DNA of 63,923 nucleotides, counting the filler, from Thraustochytrium aureum (taxonomy: Eukaryota): NCBI GenBank assembly GCA_012862495.1. It is 5 parts of 5 records of this genome, joined end to end, with 100 filler letters (N's around TTAATTAATTAA, not from the genome) between each part and the next. Parts side by side here need not be neighbours in the genome. Positions count along the whole stretch, not along the records: positions 20,684 to 42,721 come from BLSG01000293.1; positions 42,822 to 58,818 come from BLSG01000295.1; 3 more parts are not named here. One strand, given 5' to 3'. Shown here piece by piece: positions 31,235 to 43,203 of the stretch. The notes below the pieces were generated by a model, which saw only the letters and a list, made by a program, of their open reading frames with translations, was not told the DNA's origin and did not search any database. Every line of letters starts with the position of its first letter. The first letter of the stretch is position 1. The translations under genes and the position numbers were made by a program.

Positions 31235-34200
31235 ATGCCGCTCCCGCTCCGTGGAAGGGCTCAGTCAGCGGCGATCGAGCGGGCCGGCTTCGTCAGGAAG
31301 GATGCCGCGAGCCGTGGCAAGCCAACTACGGCAGAGCAGGACGCCAAGTGTGTGCGATTGAAAATCCGCGCTCCGCCGCAAGACGAGGACGCCGACGTCG
31401 CGGAGAACAAGAAAAATGCGGTCCAAGGCCAGCCAAGGCGGCACTCTTTTTCCCTCTTCGCGGCCAGCAAGGTCAAGGAAAACGTGGTGATGGCCGCCCT
31501 GAGCAAACGCTTCGCCTATTACGCCAACGGCGCGGAGAGCATGTCACAAAGCCAATTCAGGCGCCTCGTGCGCGACTCGCTCGGCAAATTGCGCGACACT
31601 CGTTTCCAACAGCTATTTGCGCTGGTTGACACACACCACTCGGGGAAAGTCGCCTTCGACGAGTTTGTCAGCTTTGCCAGCCTCTCCGCCGCAGAACTCG
31701 CTCAGATCGCGCTCCAGCTACGCGAGACGCTCAAAGGCAGCGAGAAGGGTCTGCGCGGGTCATTGGCGTCAATGTTGGGCGGCGTCAGTGGCGACCCCGA
31801 GCACGTTTCACCGCGAAAGCTCGAGCAAGCCCTCGAGCAAGAACTGGACGCTCGCCTCACGCCTGGCGAGCTGAACAAGATCTGCGCGATGATCGGCAAC
31901 AACAGGGCCTCCCTTCGAGCCTTCATGCGCGACACAGACCGCGAGTTTCTCGACAAGCACTCGGGCCGCATGGCCAAGCCCGCATTTGTCGCCGAAGTGC
32001 GGCTTCTGCCAGGTCACGTTGGCAAGACTGAGTTGGAGCTCAAACAAAAGGGCTTTTGCCGCGTCGACGGTGTGCTCAACCCTGGAGCGAGCAAACCCCT
32101 GACGCTATGGACACGGTCTGCGTACTTGCCCAAACGAGGCGGGTGGCGAGGGGAGAGCGACCTGGACGACAGGAACGGCGACGAGAGCGACTCCTCGCAA
32201 GGCTCAGCCACAAGCGGGTCCGAGCGACGAGACCAGAGCGCCAGCTCTGCAGATGACGAAGAAGAGAAGGATCAAGAGCGGCGAAGCAAGGCTCGGCCCA
32301 GCCTGACCCGCCGCAAGTCTCATCGGTCCCGACTGGGGGAGACCGGGCAGGCGGCTGCAGCGTCGAAAACCCGTCGCCGCGCCGCAACCTTGAACCCGGG
32401 CTCTGGGAAAGAAGACATGCCTCTTGTGCAGCTTGAAGTCGTCGCAGGGAAACGAGACGCAAGCCTCGTTGCGGACGGGTTTGATTGTGTTGAGGTGCCC
32501 CTAACGCAACCGCTTCGAGGCAAGGCGCTTTACCTTTGGACAAAACGGGACCGGCTATTCAGCGGCGAGGCAACTGGAGACGCCATTGTCGAGCTTGCAC
32601 TATCGACCGGGCGAGCTAAGGACAAGACTTCCGCGATTTGGAGCCCGCCGTTCCGCGGCTTCAAGCGCTACGAGCACCGCTTTGGCGCGTGGAAAACGGA
32701 CGTGTTTCTTTGGTACAGGAAGCTCGACTCGACGTACTCGCGCGAGGGCCTTCTAAAGCGAGCGCGAGCGCGCCCGACAGACGCGGCAGTGGCGTCTGCA
32801 ATCCCGCTGTACGAGAAAGCCCTGCAGCAGCGCGTGCGCGAGCTGGTGAGAGAAAAAACCTCAGAGCAGCTACTCTATGGGCGCGGACGGACTGGGTCGG
32901 CGACAGCCTTTCGGCCCGAGCTGATCTTTGAAAAGGTGGCGCCCGGCAAACCCACACTCAGCAAGCGCCAGTTCGTCGCGGCTTTGAAAGGGCTTGGCTT
33001 GCAGCTCGACAGCAAGGATCTTGCGTTGATCTTTGACAAGCTCGACGTTGCAGGGACGAGCCGTGTGAACCGTGACGACGTTGTTGAGTTCTTCGAGCTC
33101 ACTGATAGAGAGCTAGAATCGGTTCTCGACCAGGTCCGAGCCTGGCTTCGAGCGGCTAAGCGACGCGGCGAGTCCCTGGCAAGTTTGTTTGCGCAGCTCG
33201 ACAGAGACGGAGACGGCCGGATATCGGCTTCAGAGCTCCACGAGCTCCTGCACTCCATGGGCATCCTTGCGGCTCCTTCCGAGGTCCAGCGGCTAGCGGA
33301 CAGACTAGACTTGGACCACAGCGGGTTCATCGAACTCTCAGAGTTTGCAGATTTCCTTCGCCGGGGTGACGCGGCGCGGTCCGAGCTTCTCGGCAAGCGC
33401 TTGGGGGGGCTCTCGTCGGCCGTGCGAAAGGCCGCTCATTTGTTGCACGCAACGGCTTGCGAGCGTGGGCGGCGCGGGCATTCGAGCGGTAGGCTCAGCA
33501 CCGCGCTCGACACCGCCTACGCATGGGAACGCCTCGTAACCAGCAAACGGCGCAGCAACGCGCAAGCGGACGTGCTCGATGTGCAGCGGCTGCGGGAGAT
33601 CCTCAAGGAGCGCGGGCTCCGGCTCAGACAGGAGGAGGCTTCAAACCTGCTCTTCGTATTAGAGCCTGACTGGGAGGCGAATGGCGGCGTTTCGTTCCAG
33701 GCGTTCGAGGCGTTCGTCCGCGACTATGTGCCAGAGGCGGGGTCTTCGACTCTCGCTGAACCCGCCTCTGACTCTGCAACGGACGCTAGCAAGGCTTCTT
33801 ACGCGTCTGCGCTGCGCAACCTCCAAGCCGACCTAAGAGCTCTAGTGGCGGAGCGGGGCGGTGACGCCACAGCCGTCTTTCTCGCTCTGTTTGGCGAGGC
33901 TAGCAACGGCCGGGTTTCAAACAAGCAGTTCCTTCGCGTCCTCACCAAGGCCGGATGCTGCCGAGCCTTCTCTGGCGCGGGCGAGATAGACCAGCTCTGT
34001 GGCGAGTTTGACCGCGACCACGATGGGGTAGTCACTTCCGCCGACCTCAAGCGCTTCATTCGCAGCGACCGACCCGCGCGAAGGGCCAGCCGTGGATCAT
34101 TGCTCGAGGCCGGCGTTTCTGATGAGCCACTTTCAGGATCTGAGTCTGGCTCCGACAGCGACAGCGCGGACTTTGACCCAGGCCTGGGATCTCGGCCAGG

Positions 34201-36731
34201 GGCTGCGTTCGAGCTGGACGGTGGCCAGATTGTGGAATGGACTGCACAGCAATTGCCGGACGACGATGGTGCTCGCATCGTAGACCGATCCGGCTCCCCG
34301 CGCGCTGCCCTTGGAAACTCGTTTGGCGCACCTGCGCTCCGACAGGAGGCGGGGTCTGAGCAGGGCGACGGCAAGAGCTCGATCCCTCGAGCTGGCTCGC
34401 GACGACACAGCGCCGCGCGCGCTCGGCGAGAGTTTGAGCGCAAGCACAGACGGGAAGTCCCCAAGCAACAAGGCAAGGCCTGGTGGCTTTCTGCAGGAGC
34501 TGATGACCAAGAAGAAGACTTTTTCGGCAAAACGGAAGAGAGCCACGACCCTTTCGTGGCGCGTTTGTTGGAGAACGATCTCCGAAAGAGTTGGATCCTC
34601 CACTTTGAGGCCTTGGACGGCGGAGGATCCAGCGCACCTTCTCTCGACTGCCCCTCCCAGGTAGCGGAAGCTGTGAACGTAGACCTTGTTCGAGCTGCGT
34701 TGGAGGATGCAGTACGTCGCAATGGAGCGCCCCTCGGGCTTTGCGACGAGTTCCGAAAGCACGACGCATCGCGGTCCGGCTGGGTCTCCAAGCGACGCTT
34801 CAAGCGCGTCCTGGAAAAGTTCCACGTCGAGATCCCAACGTCGGAGCAAGCCGCCCTGGCACGGGTCTTGCTGGAGGGCAGCGGCACGGGACCTCAAGGG
34901 AAAGACCAGCGCGTCAACTACGACCTATTTTGCCAGATCGCCGGGGACTCTGGGGAAATCGCGCCGCAACGCCTTGACAAGCTGCACCGGCGCGTCGCTC
35001 GCCAGTTCCACGGCGTCGACTACATGTTTGTGTTTGAAGGCTTTGACCGAAAGGGCGNNNNNNNNNNNNNNNNNNNNNNNNNNNNNNNNNNNNNNNNNNN
35101 NNNNNNNNNNNNNNNNNNNNNNNNNCGCTAGACAAGATTGTCAAGTCCGCGCCGAAGCTGGACTCGGGCGGGTCCGCCGCTGCTTCCGGAGACGCGCTCC
35201 GCGCTCAAGAGTCCAAGCTGTTTCGCGCAATCGCCAAGGCGGCCTCCGCCAGCGCCTGCGCAGGAACTCAGGCTGACGAGCTCGTGGCTCGATTCGAGGC
35301 GCTCGACCTGGACGGGCGCGGCGCGGTCCGCGCAAGCGACTTCATCGCTGCCCTCTCCGAGCTTGTCGCCAAGCTTGGGGTACCGTCTCAGGTGCCGCGA
35401 GCGGGGATTCTCGGGTTGGCGCTAAAGTATCAGTGCATCGAGTCGCCGTCGATGGTCGACTACCTCTCCTTCTGCGAGGCATATTTGGGCAGTGCCGTGC
35501 ACGCACGCGACGAGGAGCAACTACTGCTTGACGTTTCTCGCCAGATCAGGGGCGCAACACGCCTCGGAGGGGCAGGGTATCAGGAGGTGATGGCCCGCCG
35601 CGACGAGGGGGGCTGCGGGTTTCTCTCCCGCTACGCCTTTCGCCGCGCGCTCCGACACGACATGCAAGTTGATCTCTGCGAGCCGGACATGCTGCATTTG
35701 ATGGACGCCTTTGACTCGCAGGGCGATGGCACGGTGGACTACGCTGCGCTAAGCAACCGGCTGGCTCTGACGAGCGGAGCGAAAGACCACGCCCAAGGCC
35801 TGGTGGACGCCGGCGCAGCGGTGAAGCGCCTTGCAGCCGCTGTTTCCGCTAAAGCGCATGAGGACCCATACTTTGACCTGCGCATCGCGTTTCGCGCTCA
35901 CAGCGGCGGCAAGCCAACAATCAAGGCTGCCCAGCTCGGCGAGCTCTGCTCGGCGCTCGGCGTTTACGTCTCCGCAATCGATCTCGAAAACCTCNNNNNN
36001 NNNNNNNNNNNNNNNNNNNNNNNNNNNNNNNNNNNNNNNNNNNNNNNNNNNNNNNNNNNNNNNNNNNNNNNNNNNNNNNNNNNNNNNNNNNNNNNNNNNN
36101 NNNNNNNNNNNNNNNNNNNNNNNNNNNNNNNNNNNNNNNNNNNNNNNNNNNNNNNNNNNNNNNNNNNNNNNNNNNNNNNNNNNNNNNNNNNNNNNNNNNN
36201 NNNNNNNNNNNNNNNNNNNNNNNNNNNNNNNNNNNNNNNNNNNNNNNNNNNNNNNNNNNNNNNNNNNNNNNNNNNNNNNNNNNNNNNNNNNNNNNNNNNN
36301 NNNNNNNNNNNNNNNNNNNNNNNNNNNNNNNNNNNNNNNNNNNNNNNNNNNNNNNNNNNNNNNNNNNNNNNNNNNNNNNNNNNNNNNNNNNNNNNNNNNN
36401 NNNNNNNNNNNNNNNNNNNNNNNNNNNNNNNNNNNNNNNNNNNNNNNNNNNNNNNNNNNNNNNNNNNNNNNNNNTGGGCAAGCTCGAGCGCGACAACGTT
36501 GACTTTATCGCCGAGTGTGCGGCAAGGCGCTCACCAGAGTGCACTGGCCCAGGAATTACTCAGCGAGAGTTTATTCGCGTTGCGCGGGCTTTCGGACTGC
36601 CGCTCTCAGAATCCGACGTCGAGCAGGTTTTGAAGCGCTTTACGCAGGCCGAGTCGCAGCTCTTCTCTTACGACCGCTTTGCCGCGTTTGTTCACGCCCG
36701 GGTTGCGCTTGGCGCGGTGGAGCGCCGCTGA
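31235..36731 (+). CDS. Very large multi-EF-hand protein with a MABP-like beta-prism domain, two N gaps
   Basis: EF loops DTHHSGKVAFDE, DRDGDGRISASE, DLDHSGFIELSE, DRDHDGVVTSAD, DLDGRGAVRASD, DSQGDGTVDY. After the last gap a frame missing from the ORF track (ITQREFIRVARAFGLPLSESDVEQVLKRF) ends at TGA 36729-36731. Confidence 0.85.
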
Positions 36732-37118
36732 ACGCTGCGCAACTGGGCCGCAGTCAGCGTTTCGTACGCTTGCTTGCCCTCGGCCGCCTCAGGTGCTTGA
36801 TTGAGAATGGCTTTCGTCCAGTCGCACCTGGGGCCCTGTTCAATCGCGGCCCCGGGATTCCGCAACTGCCCAGGCCCTCACGAGCGACTAAGGTTTGGGC
36901 CAATCCGAGACGGGCCGCGACGACAGCGGGGAGTCAACCAACGTAGAAAGCAAGAGTGCATGACCGCCGACTCGCAGGCCAGCAACGATGGGCTTGTGCG
37001 CAAATCTGTGCCAGGAAGTCAGCGCGCGCAGCGTACTGGTACTGGCAATTCTCGACGAACCGTCTGCTCATTTTCCTTTTTCTTTTGGACGAGGCGGGTT
37101 GCACTGCTTCCGTTGAGG

Positions 37119-37199
37119 AGCCCCGAAGCTCGCCAGTCCACGCCGCCCTTTCACGGCAGCCCCGGAGCTCGCCAGCGCACTCCGCCCCTTCATGGCAGC
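37119..37199. repeat. 39-bp tandem duplication
   Basis: agccccgaagctcgccagtccacgccgccctttcacggc / agccccggagctcgccagcgcactccgccccttcatggc. Confidence 0.8.
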
Positions 37200-38643
37200 A
37201 GGCGCTCCTGCCCTTGTCGTGCCGAGGAAGGTTTGCTCTTCTGGTAATTCGCAAACTTGCCGAACGCGAACGGCCAACTCCACACCGCGGCCTGCGTTCG
37301 GACGCTCAAAAACGCGCAGCTGTGCTGCGGTTGGCTCGGTCCCGAGCGGGCCAAATTCCTCCCGCTCCGACTCCTGCAAGGCGAGGCGCAAGCCACGAGC
37401 TCCGTGGTGGCGGAATCAGCCCCGAAAAGAGACAGCTCGGGCCATTAGTTCTCCTCTCGTCGCTCTTTCCGCGCCCCTAGCTTTTTGATCTTCAGGAACG
37501 TAGACTGGATCGCACCGCGCCCCGCAGAGAAAGTGCCCGATTTCTTTGACTTTGACCTCCCTCGGGCGTCGAGTGGGACCTCGCCCGAGTCCCGGACGCC
37601 CCGCACGAGACCATACGGAGCGAGCTGCACGCCTGCTCGACTCTGCTGCACGGGCGGGCGGCCGTTTGGTAGAAACCGTGTCTGGATGCCTGCCTTCGAG
37701 AGAGGCATTGCGGCCCCACCGATTGCGAAAACCTCGAGAGCTCTCCACGAGCTCGCTCTCGGGCCCACGTAGCTGCTGTGGCCAGCTGACACCAGAAGGC
37801 GACGCCAGAGCGCAGCGCTGGCCGGTCGGTTCAAAGCGAGCGTCGCAGCGCAATTCATCATTTCTTGTCTTCCAATCAACCAAAGCTCGGTCATCTGCGC
37901 AAGCAGTTGTGCGTTGAGCACGTTTCGCGCCAAATGATCGTCGTTGGTGAGTCAAACTGAAACCAACACTCTGCGAGCCGCTGCGCGCGAAGCGAGGCTC
38001 CCGCCGCCACCGCTGCATGCAGCGCGTGTTGGCGCCGCAACCCAAGGGCGCGCTTGCTTGCTCTTTCACAACAGCCAATCTGCACTTTTTTGCCCCCAGG
38101 TTCTGTGTGGCAACCGCGTGCGTTGGGCGCCATCGAGTTTGTTGCCCGACGTCTCTGCGAGTCTGAGGAGGTGATAGCGTTGAGCGACAACTGCGCATCG
38201 CTCGAGGCGCTCTGGAGTGGTCGGGCATGTGAGCCAGGGCGAGAGCAAACTCGGGCTGCCTTGGCACCGAGCGCAAACCTCTCCACTAGAACAACGTCCA
38301 GCCCAGGCGCACCAGAAGCATCTTCGAATAGAGCGAGCTGACCGGACAACGCGACCGAACCGGAACGACGCGAGCGCGAAAGCGTCAAGCGCGCCGCTGC
38401 CNNNNNNNNNNNNNNNNNNNNNNNNNNNNNNNNNNNNNNNNNNNNNNNNNNNNNNNNNNNNNNNNNNNNNNNNNNNNNNNNNNNNNNNNNNNNNNNNNNN
38501 NNNNNNNNNNNNNNNNNNNNNNNNNNNNNNNNNNNNNNNNNNNNNNNNNNNNNNNNNNNNNNNNNNNNNNNNNNNNNNNNNNNNNNNNNNNNNNNNNNNN
38601 NNNNNNNNNNNNNNNNNNNNNNNNNNNNNNNNNNNNNTTCAAG

Positions 38644-41587
38644 ATGCTGGCAACCCGTGCTAGATTGAGCCGTCGGACCTCGAGCTGCGGCAGCGACCCA
38701 GGCAACATCCCAATGCCCGCGGCGAGCCCCTCGCCCTCGCCACCGAGGCCGCCCCCCTCTAGGCGGGCAAGTGTGAGCTCGATGCCAGAGGAGCGCCCAG
38801 TTCCGCCCCCGCGGCCAGTCAGCTTCAAACGGGTCGCCCAACCTGCAGCGCAGGGACCTGTTCGCGAGACGGAACCGTGGTCGCCGTCGCCGTCGAACAC
38901 TGCGCCTGAACTCGGGGGAGCTCCGGAGCTGGATGGCACACGAATAGTCCCGCCGCGGCCTCACGATTGCCACGACGACTCTGTGCAGGCCCCGCGCCCA
39001 GCACTGTCGCGGAGGCACAGCTTTGCGGGTAGCAGCAGTAGCCTTAGCGCCCCTCCACCGCTTCCGCTGTGGTCGCATCCAAAGCGTGTGGCAGCAAGTC
39101 AGTCAACCAGACCAGCACCTCCACGAGACTCTGGAGCAGGTACACCTGTTGCAAGGGCAGAGACCAGGGCCCAATATCGCGCGCAAGCCAAGCATAAAAT
39201 CCCGCCGCCGCTCCCAGCGTATGGCACGCCAGAAGCGGCCGCGAACTCGATGGCAAGGACCAGAGCCAGCTTGAGCATCAACGTGAGCGAGGGTGCTTTG
39301 ACTGGCCCCGCGAGCAACAAACCCTCGCAAGCCGCTCCGCCTCCGCTGCCACTGCCCGCGGCTTCAAAACCGCGGGGCATCGAGCTGCAAGACGAGCTCC
39401 TGAGCGCTTCGAGCGGGAGCTTTAGCTCTGGGGCGTCCTGCACGAGCAGCCCCACGCATCGCAGCAAGGTGCGAACGTCCTGGTCAAGGCGCGACTCGCA
39501 GGGCGAGCTGCTCCCTGCTGCGACGAGACCCCCAAAGACCTTGGCCCGAGCGAGAGTCGCCTACGACGGCGCGACGCCAGGTCACCTCGCCTTTGACGAA
39601 GGGCAAATCATCGAAATCATCGAGCAAGAAGAGGAGGAAAAGGAAGAGCTGAGCTGCGCGGCGCGGTTCCACGACGGTGCAGGCGCTGCGCCAGGCGTTG
39701 TTCTCTGGAAGGGGCGAGCGATCCGCGACGGCAAAGAGTTTCAAGGTCTTTTCCCTTCCACGCATGTGGCACTAATCAAGTCCTCGCGAAGAGCAAGCTC
39801 GGCGAACCTTGCGCCCGTTTTCGCGAGCAACGACTCGTTCGGGTCCACCTGCTCTGGCGGCAAGAAGCGGCAAAGCATCCCAAAGCTGATCAACCGCGAA
39901 TGCGTTTCGCCGGAAATCCTCCGCAGGGAAAAGCAGTGCAACGTCCTGTTCTACTCGCTCGTGGAGCTCGTGGAGACGGAAATGCGACACGTCCAGGACT
40001 TGCGCACCGTCCTGGAGGTATTTATCGTTCCCTTCCAGGGCACGTTTGGCACTGTGTTGACGCGGCAGGTATTTTCGGACTGGGTCCCGCTCTTGCGCGT
40101 CCACGAGCAGGTGCTGCTCAAGCTCGCAGAGGGGCTGCCCGACATCGAGTCGCTCTCTTGCACGTTTTCTAGCATCAAGTGCGATCCGCGCGTGCAGCGG
40201 GCGATCCGCACCCAGCGCGAGGCGAGCGACAAGGGCGGCGCCGCGGCCGGACGGCGCGACGCCAACGCGGCACTGCTCAAGCAGAGCTTCTCGAGCAAGG
40301 ATGCCGAGGACGCTGGAAACGAGGGCGGCCTCGTCACCAAGCAAATGACCGAGGACCTCAAGCACGTTATTCGCATGCTGCAGCACATCCACAAGGAGCA
40401 CCTCTCCGACTTTGTGTTCCTGGACAATAATCAGATCGAGGCCTGGCATGCGGCTCTGCAAGAGACCACGATCGCGCTCTGCCGAGCGATGGTTGAGATT
40501 AGCGACTGGCTCAAGCTCTGCATCCCCCTGCGTCGTAAACCAGCCAAATGCTTGCAAGACGCTGCGCCAAGCTGGCCGCGCCGGGTACGCGGTGACGCCA
40601 AAGCACTTTGTCGCGCAGCGCGAGTACTCGGAGCGCGCCAAGCTGAACAACCTTGACCTGTCCTCGTTTCTCATCAAGCCGATGCAGCGCATCACCAAGT
40701 ACCCGCTTCTGATGCGTGAGCTGGTCAAGCACAGCGACGAGGGGACGCCGGCGCTCTTGGGAGCAAAAGAGGCCTTTGACAAAGTCTCACGCATCGCCAA
40801 CAACGTCAACGAGATCATGCGGCAGCACCAAGAAGATCATACCAAGAAGGCGATCGAGCTGTGCCAGCAGCTTCGACCTCGCGAGACCGTCCAGCGCATC
40901 GGCCTCGGCGACCAGTCCCGATGCCAGCGGCTCTACAGGTACGGCAAAGTGACGTTTCAGACGCTCACCACGGGGCTAAGCTCGTCGAGGCACGCTGCAA
41001 GCGCGGCTGGCCAGGACCACGGGCAGATCCCGCGGGAAGAGGACGGCGAGGAAACGGGGAGCGACGCGCCGGCTGGGTCGACGGCGGGGGCGCCACCAGT
41101 GCAGCTTGCCAAGGTCCAAGACGTCAAGACAGGGTCCTGCTACGCAATGCTATTTACGTCGGCGCTGTTTCTGACGCTGCGAACAGCCAACAAGTGGAAG
41201 ACCAAGACCAAGTATCACATAGTCAAGGTCATTGAGGTGGCCAACATCACCTCCGTCGAGAGCATGGACGGGTGTCTCGCGGTCCGGACGGCCTGCTCTG
41301 TGCTTTTGATCACCCCGCTTGAAGACGACGTGTTGCGCTGGCAGGTCGACCTCCAAGACTCCATGCGGGTCGTGGCAGCTGACAAGGAGCGGCAAAACAC
41401 CGCCGAGGCCCAGAAGCAGCACAAGCGCAACCTGCGCGAGCCGCCCCAGTCGCGCGAACGCCGAACGCGCTCGGTCGACTTGACGCTCGGCAAAAAGGCC
41501 CCCAAGCCGGTGCAAGAGCCGGGAGAGCTCTTCAGCTCGTTCTTGCAAGAGCTACAGAGCCACACGCGGTTTGCGGCAGCCTCGTAG
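38644..41587 (+). CDS. Rho guanine-nucleotide exchange factor (Pro-rich, SH3, DH, PH), apparent frameshift at 40524-40528
   Basis: SH3 ARVAYD...LAFDEGQIIEI...WKG...GLFPSTHV; DH ELVETEMRHVQDL and LSSFLIKPMQRITKYPLLMRELVK; PH-like segment ending LRWQVDL. The true start may lie in the upstream gap. Confidence 0.88.
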
Positions 41588-41800
41588 CTCGCCCAGGGCA
41601 GCGTCCCCGTGCAAAAGCCTGCTCTCGAACATGAGAGCTTTCGCGCGGCACGGCAGCCGGGCCCGAAAGGACAAGCTGAGGAGACACGGCGGGGGGCTAG
41701 ACGCAAGTCGCTCAACTCACTCCGCGCCCAGAACCCGAAGCCGCTTGACGCAGACAGAACGAAAGAAAAACACGCACCACTCGGCAGGCCTTCATTACAT

Positions 41801-42295
41801 CTACAGACCGGCGTCAAACTCCATCGCCTTGAGCGCGCGAACCTGCTCTTGGCTAAAGTACGCCATCACCTTGACCGCGTACAGCGTCACGAGGACGTAG
41901 ATGGCCTCGTTTTCCCAGGAGACCTTCACGAACGTGTCGCCGCCTTCTTCGACGTGGTTGCAGTCCCAGAGCATCTTGTTGTGCGCTGTAAACCCAGCGC
42001 CGACCTTTTGCCCGATCACAGTGGTAACCACATACTTGCAGTTGCAGCTGTCCTGGCACTGCTTGAGCACGCTCTCCGTGATCGACTTGGTCCACTTGTC
42101 CATGTTTTTCCTCTCTGTGTCCACGCAGTCCTGCCCATCGAACGTATCCTTAATTGCCTTCCTGATCGACTTGACTGCCAGGTCGCAGTCAAAGTCCTGT
42201 CGAGACCGCGCTCGTCAGCCGAGGCGCTCCGCACCGAGCCAACCCTTTTCCGCGCCGCGTCCCAAACTTACCTGCTCGATCCCGTCTTCCGCCAT
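41801..42295 (-). CDS. Tctex-1 family dynein light chain, 2 exons (42295-42272 and 42196-41801), 139 aa
   Basis: KWTKSITESVL, KYVVTTVIGQKVGAG, MLWD...DTFVKVSWENEAIYVLVTLYAV. Splicing gives MAEDGIEQ|DFDCDLAV in frame. Confidence 0.9.
42197..42271 (-). other. 75-nt GT-AG spliceosomal intron in the Tctex-1 gene
   Basis: CAG|GTAAGT...GCTGAC...CAG|; contains an in-frame TGA. Confidence 0.9.
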
Positions 42296-42321
42296 CTCGA
42301 CCGCCCGCGAGCAAGCCAAAC

Positions 42322-42355
42322 GCAGATCGAGGCAGATCGAGGCAGATCGAGGCAG
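42322..42355. repeat. 10-bp tandem repeat (GCAGATCGAG)x3.4 just upstream of the Tctex-1 ATG
   Basis: Read directly. Confidence 0.8.
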
Positions 42356-42520
42356 TCCAGCCGCGGGAACAGTCGCGCTCTGGCCTCGCCCCCGCGCTGC
42401 CGTCGCCTTCCGTGCGTGCCCACGTGTTCGCGCTCTGTTGGGCTCCGTCTCAACGGTCGAATCAGCCCTTTTCCCAGTCGATGGTGTCGCACCTCCGCGG
42501 ATGTTATGATTACGCTGAAG

Positions 42521-42677
42521 AATTTCCAGCCGACGGTGTCGCTCGCCCCTTCAGGTTTCATAATTTCCAGCCGACGGTGTCGCTCGCCCCTTCAGAACAG
42601 ATCAGGTTTCATAATTTCCAGCCGACGGTGTCGCTCGCCCCTTCAGGTTTCATAATTTCCAGCCGACGGTGTCGCTC
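42521..42677. repeat. 41-bp minisatellite, about 3.6 copies
   Basis: AATTTCCAGCCGACGGTGTCGCTCGCCCCTTCAGGTTTCAT starting at 42521, 42562 (with 10-bp insertion), 42613 and 42654 (partial). Confidence 0.95.
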
Positions 42678-42721
42678 CTCAGTTTCCACGGTTACAGCGC
42701 TGGCGAGTGCCACTTCACCAG

Positions 42722-42821
42722 NNNNNNNNNNNNNNNNNNNNNNNNNNNNNNNNNNNNNNNNNNNNTTAATTAATTAANNNNNNNNNNNNNNNNNNNNNNN
42801 NNNNNNNNNNNNNNNNNNNNN
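42722..42821. other. Artificial scaffold linker
   Basis: 44 N + TTAATTAATTAA (42766-42777) + 44 N. Confidence 0.97.
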
Positions 42822-43203
42822 CGTCCTTCCAACCACGCGCCAGCAACAACCAAATCCTCGCAAGCCCGAGGTCCGCGCGTCAGAACGCCTGCTGCGTCCA
42901 GACCGACACGGGCGTGTGTGCGCGCGTGTCCCGCGCGTCAGCCGCCGCCGCGGCCTCCGCCAACGCCGCGCGACGTGCGTCAAGTACGCGTTCTGGGCTG
43001 CTCGCTGCACTCGAACCACTTCCCGCGCGACCTGAGTCCGATACAATGCGATCCCTCCCGAGCAGCGCGACAGACCTGCTGACGATCACGCGCGGATAAC
43101 AATTGGAGCAAGTTGGACGCAGCTGCAACATCGTTGAGGTCTTACATCTTCATTGAATCAACGCCCAGGCGGCTGCGGCCCAAGACCTGAAGCGCAACGC
43201 TCT

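Noticed and set aside
42521..42677. CRISPR or TIGR-like guide array
   Set aside because: Units are head-to-tail and identical with no variable spacers, there is no cas or tas gene, and the context is eukaryotic.
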